Positions 27,540 through 40,466 of a stretch of 64,000 bases of DNA are shown one piece after another (the first letter of the stretch is position 1; each line of letters begins with the position of its first letter). Under the pieces are notes generated by a model. That model was not told where the DNA came from. It was given only the letters and a program-made list of their open reading frames with translations, and ran no database searches. This DNA comes from Trichoplax adhaerens (Eukaryota > Animalia > Placozoa): positions 9,597,128-9,661,127 of the forward strand of contig NW_002060945.1 of the NCBI RefSeq assembly GCF_000150275.1, in the 5' to 3' direction. Both the position numbers and the translations under genes were made by a program.

Positions 27540-30500
27540 ATGAAAATAACAGTTATTTTCGGTGAAATTCGTATCTTGGTGCCATGCAGTAGTGGTGACC
27601 TTCGAATTTCTGATTTAATTAAAAAAGCTGTGGATCGATATAGGAAAGTGACCAAAAAGGTAAATTAAGAAAAGTTTCTTTAGCTCTTTAATTTATTCAG
27701 ACCCTTAAATTTATCCGAGAGCCATTTTTTTTAGCAAGGTGTTTAATATTGCAAAAAATAACTTCGATATGGCTAGAAAAAGTAATTAACACATGTAAAT
27801 AACGCCAATGTGATCAATAGCGTTACCAAACTTTGACTTTAAAGTTGATGGGCATACTGTTTTTTCTTTAATATTACGCTCACATACAACATTGACAATA
27901 TCAATATACATATACGCTGTTTTGTTATCCTACTTAATTATTAGTTGCAAAATTTAACGCTAAGCTATTTGAGAACTGTCATGGTCTAAATTAATGGCAC
28001 GATGATTAAACTATCAGGCCTATCACTGTATAGTATATGCAGTTTAAATACTAATACGGTAATGAATTTGTTTAGTCGGGTTAAAACGCCGCTTAGCAAC
28101 TTTTAGTATAGTAACATGTCAATCTTCTATCAGCGTCAAGACAAGTTAAGATTACCACTAAACGAAAGATTTTTTATCATTTTCTTAAGTGTTTAATATA
28201 ATACGATGAATTAGAAAAACGAATTCTTCAATATCTACTCCATCTACATTATAGTTGTAAATTTGAGATAAAATTCATGAAAAATCTATATTCTAGTATA
28301 CAGTACAGAAGTTCAATTACTTCTTTATTGTAATGGTCTTAAGTAACTGCAGATTCCAAAAAAAATAATTGATACTGTGAAAAGTAATAGAAAAATACCT
28401 ACAAATTAATGTGGTTCGCCTATAATAATTATTACACAAACTATGTAAAGCGTAATTTAAAAAAAAACTACAGTACACATATACGTATACTTAGGCGATA
28501 GTATCGATAAGGGCAGACTTTAGGCGTAAATTCTCACCCCAGGGTACACCGATTCTATAGATAGATCAGTGTTATAGTGGATTTGTCTTAATGAAAAGAT
28601 TGCAACAAATTCTTTTCGTAAATTGGTATAACGGTAATGGCTCAAATACAACCATAGAGTAGTCTAAATTAAAATCAAAGATCATAACATCATTGCCATC
28701 ACTAATGATCTATTCCTTTGAATTATTTCCTTTCCTATCTTATCATCTGATAGTGTTTAAGTAATTTAAATTCTTTCAATAACAAGAGTATGTTAATACC
28801 TCAATAAACGTTTTGTCAACAAAGTAAAATTAAGATATCATTGAAATCAATTATTACTAATATAGTCGATTGAAATAACTTTGGAGTACTTGTCAAACGC
28901 TCCACTAGGGTAATCATGCACAATCAATATCCTTTAAATTATCTTAATAAGCTTATGTAATATAAGAGTACTACCATATGAAAATTAATTCTAAATTAAA
29001 ACTGTTCCCTCTGTTCTTAGCACACTAGCTACATTACAATTCGATCGTAGTGATCAAAAAAGAATTTATACTATCAACCAGCAGTGAATTAACCGTCTAA
29101 AAAAAATAAACGTAAATGATTTACACCATATAACTGTATCAACATCTGTTTAACTGAGTGAAAGCTTTCTTTCTAACTTAATTGTAAGTAAAAATAAGGC
29201 TCTTGACTACTGGATTGTTATTCTTGAATAATAACGGTCATACACGATACATAGTGAATTCTTCAGTTATTAAATTATTTTATAATTGACTATCTTAATC
29301 GTTTAGAATAAGTTGGTAAAGATAATATTGATTGTTAACAACTGCTAGTTGAAAATAGTACCTACATAATCAATTATTGTTATCATGTATATACTGTTCC
29401 TTTATAGATCAATTAGAAGAATAGACTATCCCATTGCTCCTGATCATATTGTTCTTTGACTTTCTTTTTAATCTTGTTGCCATCTTTTGCTTGATAGAAT
29501 ATTTTCAAATTTTCCCACCTGAGTTCATAATTGGAATCAATAGTTAATAAATAGATTAAATAGAGATAGATATGTCCTACTGTCATGCTATCATTACATA
29601 TTTTCCCCTTATGTAATACCAATCAATCATTTATCAAATTAAATGCACTCTCTAAATTTATTAGATTCTAATGCCTCATACCTGAATAATTAATTGATTT
29701 AGTTTTACTTTAACTATGATACAAAAAAGCTCACAGTGATATAACATGGCAATATCGTCTACATGATGTGAAAAATAGATTATTAAATATCTATAAAATT
29801 TATGGGAAAAAATGATGTTTATTAAATAGAAATGATTGTGCTATTTATTAACAAAGATATTACGAAATCTTATGTTTGTATTGATAGATTTTAAAAGTAT
29901 GTATAGATTAACGATCGTTATAAAAGAGAATGTAATTGCTAGTTTATATAGTCTACCAAGTATTGTCACAGTGCCTTGCAGATGTGTGGTACAACACCGT
30001 TTGGCCTGTAATAGCTACTAGGAAAGTTAAAATGTGTCTCCATTATAGCTTATCTTCAAATATATCATCTATCGATAAAGCTAAAGATCTTATCACATCT
30101 CTAGAATATAGAAATCAAACAAAAACCTATTTGAATACTTGATTAACATCGTATTCTCAACATATTCTTTCAATCTATTAGAGATAAATTAATACAGCAT
30201 AATATTTTGGGGGGAATAAATTTAAAATTTTAATTAAAGCTAATTTATAAAGTTACTAATACCAGAAAATAGCCGTTGAATCTTCTTATATTAATAGAGT
30301 CAGGTTAGATAATATTCTTACCAGACTACATTCTATTATATTAGTAAGGATTATTATTTAGTATGTCTTTAAAAAGTTAAATATTAGTATTTATATCTTT
30401 TAGGTTAAGCATATAATTTACTCACTGTATTGGATGAGTGCTGTTTATTCATGCGTATACTGATGCAACATTTACTTTCAAATCGCCATTTATCCTTGCT

Positions 30501-33500
30501 TTTGAAAGGATATCTCTCCCTTTCTTTGAATTAATAGATAATATGATGGATGAGTGCTGTTTATTCATGCATATACTAATGCAACATTTACTTTCAAATC
30601 GTCATTTACCCTTGCTTTGGAAAGGATATCTCTCCCTTTCTCTGAATTAATAGATAATATAATAATATTTTATCATATTAATGATGACTATTTACGCATT
30701 CTAATTTTCTAGCTACCTGGTGAAGGTGTTTATGTAAGATCAGTAGAAGATGCAAAAGATCACGCTATCTTAGATGATGATGATCTAGTTAACGAAGTCT
30801 TGGACGATCGTGATATGGTAATTGCAGCTAGTTTGCTAATTATATTTCATATCAACCACTGTCGTAATACTTGATAAGCTTTATCATTCGATATAACTGA
30901 ATTGATGGTACTGATTTGAATTAGGTCATTGCTAACTATGAAGAAGACCGACCAGGTCGCTATGCTGGGCTTAATGTCACTGATATTCCAAGTGCTTCGT
31001 CTAATGGCACAGCTAGCCCTGAAATGTTTACAGCAGAAATAAATCATATGCCTCGCAATCTTAACTCGATTGTCGGTATGTTACCGTGTTCATTTTTCTC
31101 GTAATAATTATTATCGTAAAGATGTGCAGTATGTTGTTTTGAACGTAGTAAAAAAAGTACTATTAGTGTTAGTGTGATTCAGTTTAAAAGGAGTTACTTT
31201 TTAATGATATAGATCACCAGATCGATAACGGAAATGAACCAAACAACCAAGGCGCCAAATTTACTAATTCAACTAGCACTCCCGTAGACAATTCGGCTAC
31301 AGACGATGATCGATTTACAAAAGGGCTAACTTCAAGAAGGTCACTAGGATTAAATCACCCAATGTTATCTAACTGGGCTGAGGAGCAAGATCGTAAATTA
31401 ACAGAAATGGAAGACAGAGGAGTATGCATTGGATACATTCTTTTACTATATTTAAAACTATATTATCTATGTTTCCAGCATAAAATACCGTAAACAACCC
31501 AATTTTTATAACTATTTTACTTGCATCATATAGGAAAATGAAAGCAATGATAAAAATATTAAGGAGCCTAGTACTCACTGTAAGCTCATTTGCATCATTT
31601 AAGATATTGCTTTTATATTATTATCTTAATTCTGTACAAGATGGAAAATAAAACTGAAATAAGTTCAAGAACTTGGTAGTAATTTCATATTTTTAATGTA
31701 TAGATGATGGAAGTCATGATAGATCTAGCGGGACTAGCGATGACGAAAACAAAGGAAAGATATTAGATAAAATTGGTTAGTTACGAAGTACAGATAGCAC
31801 CATAATGAATTATTTTTATCTAAAATTAATAGAATCAGTTTAGAAATTGATACTTAAGTAGATAACCGTACCCCGTGTAATATGTGCAACAATTAATTTG
31901 TTAGGTAAAACTATCATGCCATTATCTGCCAATACTAAAAGGATTGGTAAAAGAGTTACTATCGATTTAGTTAAAGGTAAGAAAAATCCTTATTTGTGAA
32001 TAGATACGATTTAGATCAATCAGAATTACTTGCAAATGTATTATAATTTAATCGAAGTAATAGATCGTTATAAAATGTTATTGTTGCGATTATAATTGCT
32101 GAAAGAGAGAGAATTTCGCATTTATATTGGTAGCATCTTTTCTTGAATTGAAGATTCAATTTTACTTTGAAGTAGTTACTGAGATCAACAGTATTCGTAT
32201 TAGTAGCTACAATATTTTAATTTCGTTGTACTTTATTTCGTTTAACTGTAGGTGAAGAAGGGCTTGGTTTTACTATAACGAGTCGTGATAATTCTACAGG
32301 AAATGATAAACCAATCTACATCAAGAAAGTAGTATCAAAGGGTGTAGCAGCAAGAGATGGTCGATTAAAAATTGGAGATCGCTTATTAGAGGTATTGCTG
32401 ACGTTAATTTCATCGTCTCAGCAATTTCAGGATTTTATTATTTCTGGTGCTAATTAAGTAACGTTCCTTAAATTATTATTATATTACTATTGATATCTAA
32501 CACTGTAACAAAGTCGAAAGAGGCCACTATTTTCAGTATTGCAATTAAATGAAATAATCAAAGTTATCTATCATCAATCTGGTGTCCTTTAGGTTAATGA
32601 TATGGATGTAGTTAATAAGAGTCGACATGAAGTCGTAGCCCTACTCAAAAGTTGTATAGGAGTTGTAAGATTGGTTGTGTCAAGACAAGATGATCAAGAA
32701 AATGAAGATACTGCAGTAAGTGATCCCTCTTACAATTAAAATGGTTATTTTCTTACTTATAAATTTCTAATTAGATCACTTATTATCAATTAGGTATCAA
32801 CAAATAATCAAGTATCATCTGAAGATGTTTCGCCAAACCAACCAGTAGTAGTTCCAGAACCACAAGAAATTAATGATAGTTCACCGAATCCAGTTAGTTC
32901 AGTCACTCCTATGTCGTCCTTAGAGCCATTGCCTACTCCTAATGATCATGCTTTTACTGAACCAAAACCTGCACCGATTATTCCTGAAGATTTTCAAATG
33001 CATACTGAAATAATCCAGGTTAAGCTAAGAACGTCTCCTGCAGGTGGATTAGGCATCAATGTGAAAGGGCGTATTTTGAATGAAGATAGTTCATCGCCCA
33101 CTGGCAGAAAGGATGCTGGTATTTTTATTAAAGCAATTATGCCCGGGAGCGCAGCAGACCAGGTATTGCTAATATCAAAGAGTTACATTTCATACCGAAA
33201 TTATTATAAACTTTAGCTAAAATAAAAATATTTAATTAAGAACATCACTAGTTACATAGCCATTAAGAAATGATCTAAGAGAGAACTGATATAATCATTG
33301 TAATTGAATATCTATTGCATCTATTGCAATTTATAAATTTGAATATATCTTAAAACTTAGAGTCGTTATTTTTATTTAGGATGGCAGGTTACTAAAGGAT
33401 GATCGTGTCATTGCGGTTAATAATATCTCGCTAAATCATCTTGCAAATGACGAGGCTATGTCAACTTTAAAAGCAATCATGAAGGATGCCATAGAGAGGG

Positions 33501-35985
33501 CAGGATTTGTTACTTTTGCTGTTTTGAGGCATACAGGAACACAAGTCTCCATGATCAGCGACACAATGGATAGTAGCCATTTACTTTCTAATCCATCACA
33601 AGATACATATTTCAAGAATAGTCACCCCGAAGACTTTCTAGATGATGTGGTCTTTACTAATGATAGCCATCTTCCATCTCCTTTGAAAAATTATATAACT
33701 GATCCTGTAATCAATGATGATCCACGCAGCGTTCCACAACAACCAAAATCTTTTAACCCGGCAGCTGATTATGCAAATGCGACATTATCTGTAATTCCAA
33801 CTGATCCGGAACAAACTGATGGCTATCACCATCTTTCTAATCCTAACACTTACGATGTCATGGACAGCCCACTGCCACCTGAAGGTTATCGGGATTCACC
33901 TCAAATGGTAGAAATTAGCAATAAACCTGAGGTATCTAGTTACACAGATCATGACATACCGGATAGATCCATTTCACCTGAACCAGATGGATCGGCGTTC
34001 GCAAGAGACGCTCCTGAACGGCATTCATTTTCTGAACGCCATAGCCGTACTAGAAATGCTCAAGATATACCATTCTTTCAAAATCTAAAAAGTGCTGCTA
34101 GGTCTCGAAGCATGGATTTGATGGGTAATGCTTCAAATACTGGTGACCAAGATCGACAAGAAGAACTCAGAAGAAATCATGACCCAATTTCATGTAGGAA
34201 TAGTTATTCCTAAATATTGAGTTAAATATGACACGCTACATACGTATACAAACCTAAGTCTGTAACAAATTGCTTACTGGCTAATTTATGGTTATTTATT
34301 AAAATAAATTTGAATAGTAGACTCCGGTACTACATATTTACCAAATTCACAAAATCATCCAGAATCGGAGAATCACATCAATCGGTAGGTAGAACAATTA
34401 CAATTTTTAACTTTATAATTTGATATTAGTCAATCGTATTTATTTTTACACTTATAATCCTTTGGATATTGATTGTTATTCAACATTGCAAGCTTTGAAC
34501 AATAGAATTTATTTCAGTTTAAAAGAAGGAACTAAAATTTTATTACTTTTCAATGATCTACAATTTATATACATAGAAATCGCCCATGCAATAATAGCTT
34601 TCGCAACGCGTTGAGCGACAGACAGCCAAAAAATGGTAGAGGTCAGTTATAAAATAACACGTTTATATTGTGTAGATATATATATTGCAGTCATATTACA
34701 TGATTATTATGACAGGATTGTGCAACACTTATAATCAAAATTAATTCAAATATGTCATAATCTTTAAAATATGCCTCGGTAATGGAAAATTAGGAGAAAA
34801 TCATGAACCTGTTAAAAAGGACGCGCCGCTTAAAAAGAAGAAATCCGGTTTCTTTAAGGGAATTTTTAAGTAAGCAATAAGTCATAATTTGTAATTTATA
34901 AGCTATTGCTGTTTCGTTAAAGTTAGAAATTTATAAAATCAACCGTACAAATTATAATGGATCAAATAGAAATCCTAGAGATTGTATTATAAGTATTTGG
35001 CATTTTACTTTCTAAATTAACATGTATTTTTCTGCTACTTTAAAGATCAAAGAGCAGCAAAGATAACTCCTCTAATAAAAAATCATCTCGACAAACTTCA
35101 TTGCCGCCTATTGCTAGAAGAATAGATCATAATTCACAAGTAGGAGAAACTAAAGAATCAGATAATGGACCTAGAAGCTATCAACCTCCACGTACAGAAC
35201 CTAATCATGTTCAAGCTAATGGCCATCACAATCACAACCACGTCAATGATAAATATTTACCAAATGGAACGCATTCACGCATTTCGAACAACGTTCATTT
35301 TAATGGCTTAGATCAAAGACCGAAACCAAACGACCGATATGATCACACAACGGATTTCAAAGATGTTAACACAGGCAGACGACCAAATCATAATACACAT
35401 CGTGAGTCTAGTCGATCTGATAACCGTTTCGAAGGCGACAGTAAACCAATGTTTCAGCGAGCGCAAGAACAACAAAAACGTCGTGATGAGGAGCGACAAT
35501 TTCGTGAGAGACAAATAGAACAGCAGCGCGAATTTTCGCGGCTCTATAAGACTCCCAAGCATGCTCCATATCGTGATTTAGTTAATGGTAAAGATAGAAA
35601 TGGTCGAATTGATTCTGGTAGTTCTTCTTCATCGGCACTATCGCAGCCTAACGCTGTTAATTCACCAACACACGTTAGTAATGGTCAAGGTAGTTTAGCC
35701 TTCTCAAGTTATCGTGAGAAAAGCCAGGCTAATGATAAAATCCATGGTCAAAACTTACGGAATTCACTCAATCCTACCGCTATTCAATCACCATGGCGTC
35801 CACCAAATCATCTTACAAAATCATATCAATCTGGCCAAGCTAACACTACACCGGAATTAATGGATCGTACAAATTATGCAAAGAAAATGCCTCGAGATGC
35901 CAATAATTTTGTTTTTAGACAGCGACAAGATGATCGAAGATCTTCAAAGAACAGCTTGGAAATATCAAGACCTACACAAGTGTAA
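27540..35985 (+). CDS. PARD3: Partitioning-defective 3 (Par3/Bazooka), multi-exon
   Basis: Exon 1 (27540-27659) MKITVIFGEIRILVPCSSGDLRISDLIKKAVDRYRKVTKK and exon 2 ..AILDDDDLVNEVLDDRD form the CR1 oligomerisation domain. Also present: [28 protein letters not shown] (PDZ2-type), SPAGGLGINVKG..DAGIFIKAIMPGSAADQDGRL (PDZ3-type), CR3/aPKC-binding-like FARDAPERHSFSER, RSRSMDL, CNNSFRNA and KKKKSGFFKGIF. Ends ..RPTQV*. Confidence 0.92.
30431..30660. repeat. Two-copy ~116-bp direct tandem duplication in PARD3 intron 1
   Basis: TGGATGAGTGCTGTTTATTCATGC..GATATCTCTCCCTTTC..GAATTAATAGATAATAT begins at 30431 and again at 30547. Confidence 0.9.
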
Positions 35986-38900
35986 TCACTACACGTAGAT
36001 ACTAATGCCATTGGTTATTTCCCTATCTTGTTGACTGATTTTATGGCTTATCAAAACTACTGGAATTACATCAAGTAGACAGACACCGAAATACTATATA
36101 CTTCATAAATAACCGCCAATCATTGTCCATTCTTCCATCGTCAATGTGCATCACTTTATTAGATCAATCCTATAACGGAGGTTACTCTTTTAATTCTATG
36201 TTACATAGTAACGAAGTATTCACTACTATTTTATGGTAACTTTGTAAGAACTGTGTGGTAAGATCATTCTATATTATAAATTTTACTCGCAATCAACAAA
36301 TTAGCTCAAAGATAATCGCGAGAAATTCAGAGACATGAATGATCCATCATGTTACACTGTACGTATACCAAGTGGATCTCTTTCCAAGGCTAAATATGAA
36401 GTTCAATTAAATCCACCATAGTAAATAGATACTTTCACAATTGGATAAGTTAGTACGGATTAAGTTATATGGAAACTATTCTACGTATTACCAAAGACCA
36501 CAATATGACAAAATATTCCTTTTTTAACGGTAGGATAATAACGTACACGATTTAATTATACGTAGTAGCCATTGATCGGTCGGCTAATGTTACGTGTTTT
36601 ATTTTAAGAGTAATATGACTTATTAGGAAGACAGGTTTAATGTTTTTTTGTAATATACATACGGTTAAATCAACATTGCATCTTTCCTCTCTTGAAAATT
36701 TGAATACTTACGTGTTGACAATTATGGTTAAAATCAATCTATTTTTAACGTGAACATCTTTGTTGTTGTTGAATTTCTTAATTATCATCCGTTCTTAGTT
36801 ACACACGAGTACATTACAATATTAATAGTACATCCTGCAGCTGATTGATATTATTAATATGGTAGTTTATTATTATACTATCAAAGAAGATGGTAGTTTC
36901 TATAATGAAAGAATGAGCGTATCAATGTATTACAAGCATTAAACTTAAAGTTCAGTCAAGAACTACACTGTCCTGTTTAGTGTTTGATATTAGCTATTGG
37001 TACTTGGTCAATTAAGGTTCCGTTTTTATTTTTTACGATGGTTTTTATTATGTATCAATTATTATTTTTAAAATCCGTCCAATTTTCACTACTACTTTTC
37101 TTAATGTATTGTATTGTATACTGTGTCTAAAATTTTCACATGTTTTATGTATTACCAACATAATAAGGTAGCGATATAACATAGGGATTTCAGCTCTTTT
37201 ACATTTCTTTCTTGTTTTCTTTAACCTCGAAAAATGGTGTAAAATATTCTAATTCAGGCAGGATGAATAATTAATAATTAACTAATTAATATGACTGTCA
37301 CCTACAGAATTTCACCTTCTACTCCTAGATACCTAACCATAAGTATGGTAACAGTGGATAGAGAATTTATTTTGCTACTAGTATTAATAAATAAAATAAT
37401 TTTTAATTTATATGGGCAATTCTTGAGGATTTATTCATCTTGTGAGCTACGCTGATTCCATTTTATAATCTATGAGACTGTTACAAGAAAAGTGCAAGGC
37501 AACCTCTGTATCTTTCAATGAGTACTCGCTACTAGACGTTTTAGAATAGGTATGATAGCAGTATAAATGTACCGCAATAAATCCATTAGTGCTAGACGGT
37601 TATTATTATTTATGGTTAATTGTGATATGCAGTACGAATCCAGTATGCCAAATAATAACTATACTGTCATTTTTAGCTATCATTAAACTTAATAACAGTT
37701 ACTATGCTGGGATAGTTTATAACTTTCGTAATCGTCAATTTTTGGACAGCGTGTAACATACATGCTCGTATTCGTATATCATAGAAGTACATAATTTGCC
37801 ATTTTGGCTAGCATTTGACTTGAAATGGTTATACGAGAATATTACGAATTGTACTCAATCCTGTTTTCATTTAATCAAAATCATATTTAAGAAATGCCTG
37901 AATAATGCATTGTAGTGAATTATCATCGATCGATATAGACTAAGTTATACTATATGTTGTCAGTTTCATGGTGACAATCTAAGCATTACGAAAATTGTAA
38001 GACATGTCACTTTGGTGCAACCTGATTTCTGTCCATTTTGTGTCCAGCCTAACTATACTTTACTTGGCTATTAATAGCGTATAACCGGCAGATTCTGTAA
38101 ACGTCTTCATGAAGCAGTTATTTTCGTACTGTAATGATTTATGTAGATCCTGTAACGCCATTATAAAGCGGTTTCTGCAGTATTTTGATACGATATCGAT
38201 TATCATGCTTGCGCCATAAAGCTCTGAGTGTCTCGTACAGTAGGTATATAATTTGAATAATTGAGTCTTTTATCAGAATATTTATTGACAAGCTAAACTC
38301 TTGCAGAAATGAAGCTAAAACCTCTTATGATTCATTGAGCCTTAATTTCGTTCACTGTATATGGTACAGACCGGTCATGGACTACTAAAAGTTCATGGTT
38401 TCTGTTGCCTCCAATCATGCCGCAGTTAGTAACGATCAGGGAGTCCTAAGAAGGAAGAAAGAGGGGGACAAGGAACGGTCGTGCAGTGTGTGAAAATAAG
38501 AGAGCTGACCATTTTTGCCGGTCATTTTCAAGTGAACTGTCTATCTGAAACGGTACACTACAGTCTACAGTACTGTCTATAATTGTCATCCAAATTAGCC
38601 GCTTAGGTTAATTTTAGACAGTGTGATTTAGTTGGAATAAGATTCAAATCAAGAAATTGAATAATAAAACTATACCAAATAAGCAATGATGCTGCTCACG
38701 TTGCTCTTCAAAAGTGGACAATTAGACCTACATGTACGTGTATATGTATCGTGCGGTAAATCGGGTACCTATAGAAAAATGCACCACACTGCAGTATACT
38801 GTCATGGAACTGCTAGATGCACCAGATGGTATAGTAAGATGCGTTTTTTTAGTAGTCTATGGCACTATCACGATGGTGATATTTTTATTTCTCCATGATA

Positions 38901-39423
38901 ACGTTGAGTTGATGTTTTTAGTCCATGTACAGTACACTAAATTTGTCTCTCTTGCTTTCTCAGTACTTATTATGTATGTTTGTGCTTCGTTTATAGATAT
39001 TCAGAAGTAATCTTCTGTAATTTTGAATGAACTTTCTGTTAGGCTAATGATAATGATCATGATCCGTTTGCCCATACATATTAACGCACAAATAACAGTA
39101 TGTTATTGAACACATTGCCAATCACATCTACGTTTTATGAGTATACTGAACGCTCAATCAGGTATACAAACAGCATTTACCGGCAATGACTGTAGTCAGG
39201 GGCTTGTCGATTTTTTTTCCATTTTTGCACCCAAACGTGTTCCCCAAAATCGACAAGTCCCTGCTGTAGTGTGCGTCAAAATCAATACGTTTTATACGTA
39301 TACTCCACGTTCAATCAGCTCTATTTACCGGTCCTGACTGTCGTATTGTATCCAATTCGCGACGTTTTATACTCAGCGTTCAATCAACTCTATTTACCAG
39401 TAATGACTGTTATGTCGTATGCA

Positions 39424-39745
39424 ATTCGCGTGAATTAAATTATAAATTGGTGGAGCTGCAGCACAGCACTATATAGGATTATGGATTGCAGCATAGTACT
39501 ATACAGGATTATCCGTAATCCTGTATAATGCTATGCTGCAGCTCCACCAATTTATAATTTAATTCACGCGAATAGGATATTATGGATTGCAGCATAGTAC
39601 TATACAGGATTATCCGTAATCCTGTATAGTGCTATGCTGCAGCTCCACCAATTTATAATTTAATTCACGCGAATAGGATATTATGGATTGCAGCATAGTA
39701 CTATACAGGATTATCCGTAATCCTGTATAGTGCTATGCTGCAGCA
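39424..39745. repeat. Palindromic tandem repeat (~101-bp unit, about 3 copies) with an inverted leading copy
   Basis: Each unit contains TGCAGCATAGTACTATACAGGATTA-TCCG-TAATCCTGTATAGTGCTATGCTGCA. 39424-~39485 is the near reverse complement of ~39512-39573. Confidence 0.93.
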
Positions 39746-40466
39746 ATTCACTATTTGATTGCGGTTTACCATTGCAGTTCTGTATTGTACTGTATGTCGC
39801 ACGCAAAACAATCCTGCAGCTGCTGCGCAACATGCAGTACAGTACAATGCACGACTAGTACTGTGAATGTACACTCAATCTAATGCCAGGATCTTCTCTA
39901 AAGCTTAACTGAATGGTACAGTTATTTATAAAGCTTAACTTAATGGTACTGTACAGTAAAAATAAATGAACACTTCTCAGAAGAGTAAAAGTGGTTGGTC
40001 CCTCCTCAGCCACCCTACTGAACATTGTTCAATGAACAGCTGCTGTGGAACATTTCTCCGGACACACAGAAAAGCCATTCAGCCAATCCACCATGGGATC
40101 GCACCAAACCGTGTACAGTACGGCATGGCACGGTACGGTACGATACAGTATTATACAGTACTGTACAGTGTACTGTACAGTACTATCAAATTACAGTACT
40201 ATGCCCGACTAGTACTGTGACTGTACTGTACACTGTACGCTCTATCCAAATGTCTGGATCTTCTTCAAGCTTAGAAGTCCATGAAATGGCACTCATCGCC
40301 TACCAACGGTAATAGACTACTGTATGGCAAGCTGTAGCAGCAATCAATTTCATATGAGCCAACACGGATGCCATCGAGCTATTGATGGAAAGTATTCAAG
40401 CTGCATGCATGCACTCAAATAATCTCATCAGTCGCTCAATGACCGTGGTTGGAAACACTTGGTAGA

